Positions 1 through 9,668 are shown, numbered from the stretch's first letter. The stretch: DNA of 28,245 bases from a bacterium (GCA_046485285.1 JAWOHE010000049.1:1-28245); one strand, 5' to 3'. The notes: a model not told the origin generated them from the sequence alone. Translations and numbers: made by a program.

Positions 1-190
1 GAAGGTAGAGCTTGTCTACCGGCGGCGGTTTCGGACGCGGGCCGAGGCGCAGGCAGCGATTGCCAAGTACATCGAAGTGTTCTACAATCGGCAGCGTCTA
101 CACTCGAGCCTGGGCTACCAGAGCCCGGCCGAGTACGAGGAGCGGCTACAAGCCGCTTAGAAAAGTGTCTAGCAGACCGGGGCCAGTCCA
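1..190 (+). mobile_element. Right end of an IS3-family insertion sequence (partial, extends left of window)
   Basis: Transposase C-terminus at 2-160 is followed by AAAAGTGTCTAGCAGACCGGGGCCAGTCCA ending in CA at 189-190. Read from outside, this is TGGACTGGCCCCGG..., typical of IS3-family 5'-TG...CA-3' termini. Confidence 0.9.
2..160 (+). CDS. IS3-family transposase OrfB, C-terminal fragment (integrase core end); not in ORF track
   Basis: Frame 2 reads KVELVYRRRFRTRAEAQAAIAKYIEVFYNRQRLHSSLGYQSPAEYEERLQAA*, with the YIxxFYNxxRxHSSLGYxSP signature of IS3 transposases. Confidence 0.93.
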   Translation, partial: KVELVYRRRFRTRAEAQAAIAKYIEVFYNRQRLHSSLGYQSPAEYEERLQAA

Positions 191-1755
191 ACACTCACAA
201 TTGAGAACAGGGTGTTCGTCACGTAGGCAATCGCACCCTGGAGGTCCATCCTGCCCGAGGCTCCCGGCAGCGCACAACTCCCCACCACCTCCGGCTCCCG
301 GGGCCGGGCAATGTTGATAACACGAAACCACTGGTTGGCAGCGAAATAGACCAGCGTGTCGCGCAGGACCATGTCCATCGCCCTCGACTCCACGGTGCTG
401 GTACCTGCCAGTACCGGACGCGAGGGGTCCGAGACATCGAAGACCCGAAAGTAGGGTCTCGGCCGCCAGCCGATATAGGCGAAGCTGTCTTTGGCGACGA
501 CAGCTTCGCTCGTTGCGCCAGCCGAATCCACCCCGCCAAGTTCGACCGGCCTCGCAGGGTCTGAGATATCGAGTATCTTGAGGGATAACCGGTAGTTAGC
601 CACATAGGCACGACTGCCGTCTACGTATACGTCTTCCGCCATGTCCGCCCGCAGCAACACGGTATCTAGCACCGGCGCAACCGGATTGGAGATGTCGATT
701 ACCCGGAAACCGCCCCAGTCACACGCGACCCAGGCACGGTCGAGCGCAGTGTTGCTCCAGATGCCATTGCCCGGCAGTACCAGCTCGCCCAGTACCGCAG
801 GCCGCGTGGAATCCGCAATGTCCAGAATCTGCATCGGTTCATACCCACCCCTTCCCGTCACAAAAGCGTACGGCCCTTCAAGGTGGACATCCATCCCACA
901 GGTGTTGTTAAGCCGGGCAAGTCTCCGCGCATTCGCAGGGTCCGAGATGTCTACGGCATCAAACCAGGACTCCTCGGGCCGGCTGGGGTTTGAGAACGTG
1001 GCACAGAGCAGGCTGCCACGGGCCACTGCCGCCAGGGGCCAGCCGCCATACGTCCCGACCCGACGCGGAGCGGACGGGTCACTGACGTCCATGAACGTAA
1101 GGAAGTCGCGCGTCAGGAGCACGGCGGTGTTGCGCGTGGCGGTAACGACGTAACCGCTGTCACGGCAGAACCCGAGCCGCACCGGGTCGTCGGGCCGGGC
1201 AATGTTGTACACGTTGAAGGTATCGGTTCTGACGAAGTAGAGAAAGGTATCAACCACATCGAAGTCGCTGACAAAGCACGGTATGTGGCTAAGATGGCGC
1301 GGCCGGGCCGGGTCCGCGATGCTCCAGAGGTCGATGCCGTTGCGGCCCGTGACCAGCAGCGAATCCCGCACCCGGGCCTGGAGCGCCAGGTAATCGAGCT
1401 GCAGTTCGGTAATCAGCTCCGGGCTTGCCGGGTCCGCGAAGTTGAGGATGGCTACCTGGCTGCCGAGCGAGAGGAAGACGAGGCTGTCCTGACCGGTTAC
1501 GTCCCAGGCGCGACCCCGACCCCATTTCCCCACCAGCCGCAGACCAGTGGTCTCCGGCTTGCGGTATTCGGTCAGACCCGGGAGTTCGAAGCCGCGTTCT
1601 TTCAGCCATTGGCTGTGCATCTTCGGCGGCACTACCAGCAAACTCTCCCGCACTGCCGCATAGTCGAGACCTCGGCCTTGCTGACCGCTGACGACGCCCA
1701 CGGCCAGCAGGGTGAGCAGCAGGACAACAGTCTTCACGATGCTCCTTGGGTACAT
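169..1755 (-). pseudogene. Secreted LVIVD-repeat beta-propeller protein, 3'-truncated by the IS3 element
   Basis: Signal peptide (KTVVLLLTLLAVGVVSG) and many repeats of the type LKILDISDPARPVELG / FRVIDISNPVAP. The last repeat breaks at FSIVSV and runs into IS-derived GLAPVC*. Start is ATG 1755 or GTG 1737 (AAGGAG RBS just upstream of the latter). Confidence 0.85.
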
Positions 1756-1862
1756 TGTCAATCCTGTTTAGATGAAGTCAAGCGCGGTCCTCCCGTTGCA
1801 TTTCCCGCCGTCCGACCCGGGAAGGGGACCGCCCTACTCCACCAGCACCAGCCGGGCCGGGC

Positions 1863-1890
1863 TTTACAGCCGTCAGTGCAGGGGTAGAAT
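1863..1890 (+). promoter_or_regulatory. sigma70-like promoter for the M14 peptidase gene
   Basis: TTTACA (1863-1868), 16 bp, TAGAAT (1885-1890); AGGAGG RBS at 1905-1910. Confidence 0.65.
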
Positions 1891-1914
1891 GGCTGGTATT
1901 TCCCAGGAGGAAAC

Positions 1915-4900
1915 GTGATGCGTTGTGGCCTGCTGTTCCTGCTTGCCGTCCTTGCCGTGGTCGCCGGCCCGGTGCGCGCGGGCGCGCGGGGCGAGGCCGT
2001 GGAGATGAAGCTCCGGGTGTGGCTGAGCCCGGGCCGGATCGGCGAGGTCGCCGACCGGGTGCTCGAGTTCTACGAGGTCGGGCCGGAGAGTTTCGTCGCC
2101 GCGTTCACCAGCGAGGACTATGACTGGCTGGTCGGTAGCGGCTACCCGGTCGACGTGCTGGTCCGGGACGTGCGCGAGGCGGCGTCGCAGTTCGACGCGT
2201 TCTTCCACACCTACCAGCAGATTCGCGATACCTGGGCGATAATCGCCCAGGACCACCCGAGCATCTGCGTGCTCGACACGCTCGGGACGTCGGCAAACGG
2301 CAACCTGCTCCTGGCGATGAAGGTGTCGGACAACCCGACGCAGATGGAGGGCGAGCCGCGCATCTGTTTCGACTTCACGATTCACGGCAACGAGAACAAC
2401 GGAACCGAGATTGCCCACCACGTCCTGCTCGAGCTGGTGAACGGCTACGGCTCGAACCCGGACATCACCCGCTGGGTGAACAGCCGGGAGATCTGGCTGA
2501 TACCGATGGTGAACCCGGACGGGCTGATTTCGCGCTCGCGCACCAACGGCCACGGGGTGGACTGCAACCGCAATTACGGCTACGCCTGGAGCGGCGGCGG
2601 GTCGGGCGTGTTCTCGGAGCCGGAGACCAAGGCGCTCTATCACCTCGGGGTCGCCAACCCGATGGCGATGTGGACCCAGTATCACTCGGGGACAGAGATG
2701 GCGATGTGGCCGTGGGGCTACACCCAGCTCGCGACGATGGATTCGGTGGTGCACCGCTACGAGATGGTGCGCTACAGCCAGCTTTCCGGCTACCCGTACT
2801 GCCAGATTTCCCGCGGGCTCTATCCGGTGAACGGCGGCTCGACCGACTGGTACTACGGCGCGACCGGGGCCCAGGGCTACGGCATCGAGGTCTGCAACGG
2901 CCAGCCGAGCCAGCCGGGCCAGATCGACGAGATCAACGCCGAGAACTGGCTGGCGATGAAGGAGATGATCGAGCGGGTGGGCTGGGGCATCGGCGGACGG
3001 GTGCGGGACTCGGTGTCGGGCGCGCCGCTCGAAGTGCGCGTCGAGGTGACGCCGCCGGACTGGTTCACCCACTCCGACTCGATGGGTTACTTCCACAAGA
3101 ACCTGCACGCCGGGACCTACTCGGTGACGGTGCGGGCCAACGGCTACGCGGCCCGGACGATAGCCGGCGTCGTCGTGCCGGCGGAGTCGTCGGCGTGGCT
3201 GGAGGTGGCGCTGGTGCCGGACTCGACCGCGGTGTCGAGCGCGTTCCTGGTCATCACCAACAAGCTCGGCAATTCCAACCCGGCCAACGCGTGGTGGGCG
3301 CTCGGGCCGCGCGACGGCCGGCGGTTCTCGCTCGACAAGGGCGCGTGGGCGAGTTTCGACATGGGCCGGACGACCCCAATCATCAACGGCGCGGGCAACG
3401 ATTTCTTCGTGGTCGAGGACGACGGCGACCCGGAGGCGTGCAGCGTGTTCGTGTCCAACGACTGGAACGGGCCGTGGCACTACGTCGGGTTCGGCACCGG
3501 GACGCAGGGCTATGACCTGCAGGCGGCCGGGCAGGGCGTCGCCCGGTTTGTCCGGATCGCCGACGACAACGTCGGCACGGGCGGCTTCGACATCGACGCG
3601 ATCGAGGCGGTGGTCGTCAACGCGCCGGCGCTGGTGTTGACCGGCCGGACGGTCATCGACTCGCCGCCGGGCGGGAATGCCGACGGCAAGCTCGACCCGG
3701 CCGAGACCGCCGACCTCGTGCTCGAGCTCAGGAACATGGGCCGGGTCGGCGTCGACGGGCTGACCGGCGTGCTCAGGACCGGCGACGCGATGGTCGCGGT
3801 GCTTGACTCGACCGGGACGTTCGGCGACCTCGCGCCGGATTCGACGCGGCGGAACGACGCGGACCGGTTCCGCGTCGCGGCCGACGCCGAGACGCCGCGC
3901 GAGCACTCGGCGCGGATGGTCCTGCACCTGGCCGGCACCGACTACGCGGACAGCATCGTCTTCGCGCTCGTGGTCGGCGAGCTGCGGGCCATCGACCCGA
4001 TACCGGACGGGCCGCGCGAGCCGGCGCTCTACTGGGCCTACGACGACGGCGACCTGGGCTACGCGCAGGCGCCGGAGTTCGAGTGGGTGGACATCGCCGG
4101 GGTCGGCACGCGGCTCGCCATTACCTCGGACGACCAGACGGTCCAGTTCAACCTCCCGACCGCGTTCGGGCCGTTCTATTTCTACGGCCGCAGGTTCAGC
4201 CAGCTTTCGGTCTGCGGCAACGGCTGGGTCGGGCCGGGCCACACGACGAGGACCGCGTATAACAACCTCGTCCTGCCGGCGACGAACACGGCGACGATGC
4301 TGGCGCTGGTCTGGGACGATCTCTACCCGCCGACGTCGGGCGGGGTCTGGTGGCACCACGACGCGGCGAACCACCGGCTGATTGTCCAGTACGATTCGAT
4401 GCCGACGTATGCGAACCGGAACGTCTATGACTGGTTCCAGGTCGTGATCCACGACACGACGCTGGCGGCGCCGGACGGCAACAGCGTGTTCACCTACCAG
4501 TACCTGACCGCGAACAGCTACTCCGGCTGTACCATCGGTTCGAATGACTCGACGACCGGGACCGGCATCCAGGTGCTCTACAACGGCAGCCTGCACCGGG
4601 CGGCCCTGCCGGTCCAGGCGGGCCGGGCAATCCGGTTCACGACCGAGGCGCCGGTGGTCGGCGTCGCCGAGCGGCCGGGAACGGCGCGGCCGGGCGTGGA
4701 AGCGCGGCTGGCGGTCGAGGGCAACCCGTTCGCCGGCTCGACGGTCATCCGCTACTCGCTCGCGAAGCCGGGCAGGGTGACGCTGGCGCTGTTCGACAAC
4801 TCGGGCCGGCGGGTCCGGACCCTGCTCGCGGCGGAGCAGGCCGCCGGCCGGTGCCGGCTGAGCTGGCCGGGCGACGACGACGGCGGGCGGGCGGTCGCGG

Positions 4901-4971
4901 CCGGGGTCTACTGGCTGAGGCTCGAGGGCCCGGACGGCGTTGTCACCGGCAAGGTCGTCAAGCTCGACTAG
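1915..4971 (+). CDS. Secreted multidomain M14 zinc carboxypeptidase with carboxypeptidase regulatory-like domain and C-terminal FlgD-Ig/T9SS type A-like domain
   Basis: Signal peptide; HGNE, NPDG, NRNY, SEPET, YHS and catalytic-Glu (GIEV) motifs of M14; GRVRDSVSGAPL..GTYSVTVRANGY regulatory-like domain; C-terminal NPF...FDNSGRRVRTL...W.G.DD.GRAVAAGVYWLRL...KVVKLD. Confidence 0.9.
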   Translation: MMRCGLLFLLAVLAVVAGPVRAGARGEAVEMKLRVWLSPGRIGEVADRVLEFYEVGPESFVAAFTSEDYDWLVGSGYPVDVLVRDVREAASQFDAFFHTYQQIRDTWAIIAQDHPSICVLDTLGTSANGNLLLAMKVSDNPTQMEGEPRICFDFTIHGNENNGTEIAHHVLLELVNGYGSNPDITRWVNSREIWLIPMVNPDGLISRSRTNGHGVDCNRNYGYAWSGGGSGVFSEPETKALYHLGVANPMAMWTQYHSGTEMAMWPWGYTQLATMDSVVHRYEMVRYSQLSGYPYCQISRGLYPVNGGSTDWYYGATGAQGYGIEVCNGQPSQPGQIDEINAENWLAMKEMIERVGWGIGGRVRDSVSGAPLEVRVEVTPPDWFTHSDSMGYFHKNLHAGTYSVTVRANGYAARTIAGVVVPAESSAWLEVALVPDSTAVSSAFLVITNKLGNSNPANAWWALGPRDGRRFSLDKGAWASFDMGRTTPIINGAGNDFFVVEDDGDPEACSVFVSNDWNGPWHYVGFGTGTQGYDLQAAGQGVARFVRIADDNVGTGGFDIDAIEAVVVNAPALVLTGRTVIDSPPGGNADGKLDPAETADLVLELRNMGRVGVDGLTGVLRTGDAMVAVLDSTGTFGDLAPDSTRRNDADRFRVAADAETPREHSARMVLHLAGTDYADSIVFALVVGELRAIDPIPDGPREPALYWAYDDGDLGYAQAPEFEWVDIAGVGTRLAITSDDQTVQFNLPTAFGPFYFYGRRFSQLSVCGNGWVGPGHTTRTAYNNLVLPATNTATMLALVWDDLYPPTSGGVWWHHDAANHRLIVQYDSMPTYANRNVYDWFQVVIHDTTLAAPDGNSVFTYQYLTANSYSGCTIGSNDSTTGTGIQVLYNGSLHRAALPVQAGRAIRFTTEAPVVGVAERPGTARPGVEARLAVEGNPFAGSTVIRYSLAKPGRVTLALFDNSGRRVRTLLAAEQAAGRCRLSWPGDDDGGRAVAAGVYWLRLEGPDGVVTGKVVKLD

Positions 4972-4983
4972 CCGGGAGCGCGC

Positions 4984-5436
4984 TTGGGCCGAAAGTCCTG
5001 GGACCGCTACTTCATGGACATCGCCCGGCTGGTCAGCGAGCGGTCGACCTGCCGGCGCCGGTCGGTCGGCGCGGTGCTGGTGCGGGAGAAGCGGATACTC
5101 TGCACCGGCTACAACGGCGCGCCGGCCGGGATGCCGCACTGCGACGAAGCCGGCTGTCTCCGCGAGAGTCTCGGGATTCCCTCGGGCGAGCGCATCGAGA
5201 TCTGCCGGGGCATTCACGCCGAGCAGAACGCGTTGGTCCAGGCCGCGGCCTTCGGCATCAGTGTGGGCGGCGCGACGCTCTACTGCACCCACGAGCCCTG
5301 CATCACCTGCGGCAAGATGCTGGTGAACGCCGGCATCCGCGAGTTCGTCGTCGCCGAGCCGTACCCGGACGAGTTCGGCCGCGAGTTGCTGAGGTCGGCC
5401 GGTGTCCGCGTGCGCGGGGTCGAGGAGACCGCTTGA
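4984..5436 (+). CDS. Deoxycytidylate (dCMP) deaminase, ComEB-like
   Basis: SWDRYFM..A..VS.RSTC.RR.VGAV, TGYNGAP, IHAEQNA and PCITC zinc-deaminase motifs; TTG start with GGAG upstream. Confidence 0.92.
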   Translation: MGRKSWDRYFMDIARLVSERSTCRRRSVGAVLVREKRILCTGYNGAPAGMPHCDEAGCLRESLGIPSGERIEICRGIHAEQNALVQAAAFGISVGGATLYCTHEPCITCGKMLVNAGIREFVVAEPYPDEFGRELLRSAGVRVRGVEETA

Positions 5437-5460
5437 CATCACGCCCGCGCTTCCTAGCAT
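5433..5460 (+). promoter_or_regulatory. sigma70-like promoter for lgt, probably leaderless
   Basis: TTGACA (5433-5438), 16 bp, TAGCAT (5455-5460); ATG only 6 nt downstream; no SD. Confidence 0.75.
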
Positions 5461-5466
5461 AGCCGG

Positions 5467-6252
5467 ATGTTCCCAACCATCCTGAGACTCGGCGGCATCC
5501 AGATCTACTCGTACGGGCTGATGCTGTTCATTTCGTTCCTGCTCGGCATCTTCATCGTCGAGCGCCGCGCCCGGCGGTTCGGCGTCGAGTCGAAGGACGT
5601 CACCGACCTCGCGCTCTGGATCCTGGTCGCGGTCGTGGTCGGCTCGCGGCTGTTCTACGTCGCGTTCCACTGGAACGAGTTCAAGGACGACCTGATCGGC
5701 ATCATCGCGTTCTGGCGGGGCGGGCTGGCCGGGCTGATGTTCTACGGCGGGTTCCTCGGCGCGCTCATCGCCGGGCTGATCTTCGTCCGGGTCCGCCGCC
5801 TGCCGGTACTGAAACTGCTCGACGCGGCCGCGCCGGCGATAGTGCTGGGAGAGGGATTCACCCGGATCGGCTGTTTCCTGAACGGCTGCTGCTACGGGGT
5901 GCCGACGACCGGCTGTACCGGGATTCACTTCCCGCTCCACTCCCCGGCCGGGGCCAGCTATCCGGGGCAGGCGATTCACCCGACCCAGCTCTACTCCTCG
6001 CTGGCCGGGTTCCTGCTGTTCGGTATCGCACTCCTGCTCGAACGGCGCCGGCTGAAGGAGGGCGTGCTGTTCGCGGTGATGCTGATTCTCTACTCGCTGT
6101 TCCGGTTCGGGATTGACTTCGTCCGCCACTACGAGAACGCCGCCAACTACTGGGGCAACCAGGTCGTCGCGCTCGGGCTGACCGCGGTCGGCATCGTGCT
6201 GCTGGTGGTCTTCCTGCGGCGGCGGTCCGGCGGTGCGCGGGCCCGCGGCTAG
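5467..6252 (+). CDS. lgt: Prolipoprotein diacylglyceryl transferase
   Basis: MFP.L...G.I.IYSYG, GSRLFYV, FYGG, RIGCFLNGCCYG, HPTQLY and RF.IDFVR motifs; multiple TM helices. Confidence 0.95.
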   Translation: MFPTILRLGGIQIYSYGLMLFISFLLGIFIVERRARRFGVESKDVTDLALWILVAVVVGSRLFYVAFHWNEFKDDLIGIIAFWRGGLAGLMFYGGFLGALIAGLIFVRVRRLPVLKLLDAAAPAIVLGEGFTRIGCFLNGCCYGVPTTGCTGIHFPLHSPAGASYPGQAIHPTQLYSSLAGFLLFGIALLLERRRLKEGVLFAVMLILYSLFRFGIDFVRHYENAANYWGNQVVALGLTAVGIVLLVVFLRRRSGGARARG

Positions 6253-6952
6253 CCTCCGGCGGCTCCTCGGCGGGTTCGCCGACTTCCTGTTCCCACCGGT
6301 CTGCCTCGGCTGTGACGCCGACATCGAGCGAGGCCTGGTCTGCGCTCCCTGCCGCGAGCGGCTGTTCGGGGGCGGGCCCGGCGTCTGCCCGAGGTGCGGC
6401 CGGCCGGTTCGACGCGGGGCCGGGGATTGCGGCCGGTGCGGGGTCACTACGAGCGTCGAGCGGGTGCGGGCGCTCGGCCCCTACGCGCCGCCGTTCATCG
6501 GGCTGGTCCAGGCGCTGAAGTACCAGAACAAGACCGCGCTGACAAGCCTGCTCGGCGCGGCGCTGTGCGGGCTGGTCGAGTCCGACCCTGAGCTCGCCCG
6601 GTGCGACGTCGTCTGCCCGGTGCCGCTCCACCGCGCGCGGCGCCGGGAGCGGGGCTACAACCAGGCGGAACTGCTGGCGCGAGAGGTCGCGGCCGGGACC
6701 GGCATTCGCTGCGCCGACCTGCTGGTCCGGCGGCGGAACACGCGGACCCAGACGCACCTCGCCGACGACCGGGCGCGGCAGGTCAACGTCAGCCGGGCGT
6801 TCGCGCCGGCGGCCGGGCTGCGGCTTGAGTCGGAGCGGGTACTGCTGGTTGACGACGTGACGACCAGCGGCGCGACGCTGGACGCGGCCGGGCGGCAGTT
6901 GCTGGCGGCCGGGGCCGGGAGCGTGGCCGGGCTGGTTATCGCCGCGGCCTGA
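6233..6952 (+). CDS. comF: ComF family protein (double zinc ribbon + phosphoribosyltransferase)
   Basis: FPPVCLGC...CAPC...CPRC...CGRC; LKY; PVPLH..R.RERGYNQAELLA; VLLVDDVTTSGATL. Confidence 0.9.
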   Translation: MRGPAASLRRLLGGFADFLFPPVCLGCDADIERGLVCAPCRERLFGGGPGVCPRCGRPVRRGAGDCGRCGVTTSVERVRALGPYAPPFIGLVQALKYQNKTALTSLLGAALCGLVESDPELARCDVVCPVPLHRARRRERGYNQAELLAREVAAGTGIRCADLLVRRRNTRTQTHLADDRARQVNVSRAFAPAAGLRLESERVLLVDDVTTSGATLDAAGRQLLAAGAGSVAGLVIAAA

Positions 6953-8231
6953 GCGCCGGGGCGAGGGCGCAGATGCTGTCGCGCACGGCCTCGAAGCCGG
7001 CGAGGAACTCCGGCTTGACCGGCTCGACCCGGGGCGGGTCGAGCCTCAGGGGGTTGACCGGAGTGCCGAACTTGTGGATTTCGAAATGCAGGTGCGGGCC
7101 GGTCGAGAGACCGGTCGAGCCGACGTAGCCGACGACCTGGCCCTGGCTGACGCTGGCGCCGACCCGGACGCCGCGGCCGAAGCCGCTCAGGTGGCCGTAG
7201 CGGGACAGGTAGCCGCCCGGGTGGCTGACCTCGACGCAACGGCCGTAGCCGCCCTTCCAGCCCGCGAAGACGACCCGGCCCTCGGCGACCGACGAGGCCG
7301 GGGTGCCGGTCGGCGCGGCATAGTCGACGCCGTGGTGCTGGCGCCAGGTCCGGATGATGGGGTGGAAGCGCCGGCCGAAGAAGGACGTGACGCGGGCGAA
7401 GCTGAGCGGCGACTTGAGGAAGGTCTTGCGCATGCACTCGCCGGCCGGGTTGTAGTAGTCGGTCCGGCCCTCGGGGTCGGTGAAGCGGAAACCGGCGAAG
7501 TCGCCGACCGCGCCGGAGTAGCGGACGCCGACGACCGGTTCGTAGCCGACGAGCGTCGAGTCGCACAGCCGCCGGGTGACGTAGATGTAGAACGAGTCGC
7601 CGACCTGGCTCTCGGTGAAGAAGTCGACCTCCCAGCCGAGGACCTCGGCGTAGTCGAGGACGAGCGCCGGTTCCTCGCCGAGCCTGACGAGGGCGTCCCA
7701 GAGCGACGAGTTTATCGCGCCCGAGACGACTCCGGGCACGCGCTCGACCTGGCGCAGGAGCGTGCCGACCCGGTCAGGTGGGCCGATGTCAACACGCCAG
7801 ACCCGCTCGAAGTCCTGGCGGTAGAGCAGGCGGGCGCGGGGTCCGGCGGAGAGGAAGCTGAGCGAGTCGCCGGGTCGCATCCGCCGGAAGTCGAACCCGG
7901 CGGCACCGAGCGCGGCGACGACCCGGGCGGCAAGCGTGTCCGGGACGCCGGCACGGGCGAGCACGCGCGGCATCACCTCGCCGGGTCGGACCGTCGTCGC
8001 GGTCGTCGTCCACTCCGGGGCGGGCGGCGGGGCGGGCTCGGGCGGCGCCGGGCGGGGGCGGCGCGCGATGAGCACGGCGATGACGAGGACCAGCGCGACC
8101 AGGGCGGCCGCGCCGAGCGCGGCGAGCAGGAAGCGGAGGAGCACGGGGCGGTCGGGCGGCAGGCCGGGCCGCCAGGCCTTGAATGGCGGGAGCGGGCCGG
8201 GGCCGGGCGGGCCGGGGTCCTGCGGCGTCAT
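6936..8231 (-). CDS. M23 family peptidoglycan DD-metalloendopeptidase (MepM/OapA-like) with N-terminal membrane anchor
   Basis: HHGVDY (HxxxD), YGHL and STGPHLHFE (HxH) motifs; FLKSPL..ARVTS.FG.RFHPI; N-terminal TM. ATG 8231 preferred over 8258 because a promoter occupies 8239-8266. Confidence 0.92.
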   Translation of the reverse strand: MTPQDPGPPGPGPLPPFKAWRPGLPPDRPVLLRFLLAALGAAALVALVLVIAVLIARRPRPAPPEPAPPPAPEWTTTATTVRPGEVMPRVLARAGVPDTLAARVVAALGAAGFDFRRMRPGDSLSFLSAGPRARLLYRQDFERVWRVDIGPPDRVGTLLRQVERVPGVVSGAINSSLWDALVRLGEEPALVLDYAEVLGWEVDFFTESQVGDSFYIYVTRRLCDSTLVGYEPVVGVRYSGAVGDFAGFRFTDPEGRTDYYNPAGECMRKTFLKSPLSFARVTSFFGRRFHPIIRTWRQHHGVDYAAPTGTPASSVAEGRVVFAGWKGGYGRCVEVSHPGGYLSRYGHLSGFGRGVRVGASVSQGQVVGYVGSTGLSTGPHLHFEIHKFGTPVNPLRLDPPRVEPVKPEFLAGFEAVRDSICALAPALRPRR

Positions 8232-8238
8232 CGACACA

Positions 8239-8266
8239 ATCTTAGCGACAGCAGACAAGAGCGCAA
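8239..8266 (-). promoter_or_regulatory. sigma70-like promoter for the M23 gene, probably leaderless
   Basis: Minus strand TTGCGC (8266-8261), 16 bp, TAAGAT (8244-8239); ATG 7 nt downstream. Confidence 0.55.
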
Positions 8267-8275
8267 CCCGGGAGC

Positions 8276-8304
8276 TTGACGCGGCGGGGGTGGGAGCCTA
8301 GCAT
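8276..8304 (+). promoter_or_regulatory. sigma70-like promoter for amrS
   Basis: TTGACG (8276-8281), 17 bp, TAGCAT (8299-8304); GGAGG RBS at 8322-8326. Confidence 0.65.
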
Positions 8305-8333
8305 TTCGGCGTGACTCGCGCGGAGGCCGCCCA

Positions 8334-9320
8334 ATGAACGTGCCGGCCCGCTACTGGCGGCCGGAGGGCGACAGGGCGCGGTGCGAGTTGTGCCCGAACC
8401 TCTGTCTCATCGCGCCCGGCCGCCGGGGTCGCTGTCTCGGGCGGGTCAACGTCAACGGACGGCTTGAGGCGGTGAGTTACGGTGAGGTCGTCTCGATCGC
8501 GGTTGACCCGGTTGAGAAGAAACCGCTCTACCACTTCCACCCGGGCGAGAGGATACTCTCGGTCGCAACCTACGGCTGCAACCTTGCCTGCCCGTTCTGC
8601 CAGAACTGCGAGATATCACAGCAAGAGGCGCCCGGACGCTCGACCGCGCCCGCCGAGCTGGTCGAGCTGGCGCGGCGTTCCGGGACCTTCGGGGTCGCGT
8701 TTACCTACACCGAGCCACTGGTCTGGTTCGAGTACCTGATGGACAGCTGCCCGGTGCTGCGCGCGGCCGGGCTCCGGACCGTGCTGGTGACCAACGGGAT
8801 GGTCAACCCGGCGCCGCTCGAGGAGCTCCTGCCGTACGTCGACGCGATGAACATCGACCTGAAGTCGATCCGACCCGAATTCTACCGCGACTACGTCCGG
8901 GGGAGCCTCGACGCGGTGCTGGGCTCAATCCGGGCCGCGCGCCGCCGCTGTCACGTCGAGCTGACGAACCTCCTGATTCCCGGTCGGAACGACTCCGATG
9001 ACGACGTCACCGCGCTGGTCGAGTTCGTTGCCGGGCTCGGGCGCGACACGGTGCTGCACTTCTCGCGCTACTTCCCGCGCAACCGTGCGGGCGAGCCGCC
9101 GACGCCGGTCGCGGCGCTCGTCCGGGCCGGCGAGCTTGCCCGGCGCCGGCTTGACTACGTCTACCTGGGCAACCTCGAGGCCGGGGGCGAGTGGCGGGAC
9201 ACGCGGTGCCCGCAGTGCGGAAGCCTGCTGGTCGAGAGGAGCAACTACAAGGGCCGGGTTGTCGGGATCAGCGCGGGAGCCTGCACGGCCTGCGGCCGCA
9301 GGGCCGACGTGGTGCTGTGA
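8334..9320 (+). CDS. amrS: AmmeMemoRadiSam system radical SAM enzyme
   Basis: N-terminal CELCP..C......GRC; DPVEKKPLYHFHPG; CNLACPFCQN (CxxxCxxC); FTYTEP; NIDLK; HFSRYFP; YVYLGN; C-terminal CPQC...CTAC. Confidence 0.93.
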   Translation: MNVPARYWRPEGDRARCELCPNLCLIAPGRRGRCLGRVNVNGRLEAVSYGEVVSIAVDPVEKKPLYHFHPGERILSVATYGCNLACPFCQNCEISQQEAPGRSTAPAELVELARRSGTFGVAFTYTEPLVWFEYLMDSCPVLRAAGLRTVLVTNGMVNPAPLEELLPYVDAMNIDLKSIRPEFYRDYVRGSLDAVLGSIRAARRRCHVELTNLLIPGRNDSDDDVTALVEFVAGLGRDTVLHFSRYFPRNRAGEPPTPVAALVRAGELARRRLDYVYLGNLEAGGEWRDTRCPQCGSLLVERSNYKGRVVGISAGACTACGRRADVVL

Positions 9321-9330
9321 CGACCGGGAC

Positions 9331-9359
9331 TTGCAGTCCGGCTGTCGACCGGCTATAGT
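9331..9359 (+). promoter_or_regulatory. sigma70-like promoter for the small membrane protein
   Basis: TTGCAG (9331-9336), 17 bp, TATAGT (9354-9359); ATG 9 nt downstream. Confidence 0.55.
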
Positions 9360-9368
9360 TGACCCGCA

Positions 9369-9650
9369 ATGCGACCACGCGGAACCCGGACCGGCGGCCG
9401 TTCGGTGACGCTGCTGGTGCTGGCGGTGCTGATCGCCGGCGTGCTCGGCAGCGTCGTATCGCACTTCATGGCCGGAGTTTTCCCCACCGGCCCGGTCCGG
9501 GATTTCTTTTTCTCGGGGTTGAGCATCGGCGTGCCGGCGTTCAGCGTGAACCTCGGGTTCCTGGTTCTCACCTTCGGACTTACCTTCTCGATCACGACCT
9601 TCGTCGTCATTCTCGTCGGGCTGGCGGTCTACCTCTGGTACAAGCTCTAG
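9369..9650 (+). CDS. Small membrane protein, DUF4321-like
   Basis: 93 aa; hydrophobic N-terminal helix (LLVLAVLIAGVLGSVV), then P.GPVRDFF...SIG...FSVNLGFLVLTFGLTFSIT and a C-terminal TM; pattern recalled as DUF4321. Confidence 0.75.
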   Translation: MRPRGTRTGGRSVTLLVLAVLIAGVLGSVVSHFMAGVFPTGPVRDFFFSGLSIGVPAFSVNLGFLVLTFGLTFSITTFVVILVGLAVYLWYKL

Positions 9651-9668
9651 CCCGACGGTCCGGGAACC

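Noticed and set aside
1873-6447. 1524-aa minus-strand ORF
   Set aside because: Antisense shadow of three well-supported plus-strand genes; Arg/Pro/Ala/Val-rich, no motifs; expected from extreme GC3 bias.
4984-6952. ComEB-like plus ComF as a competence locus
   Set aside because: Both families are widespread outside competence; they are separated by lgt with its own promoter; no comEA/comEC or pilin genes here.
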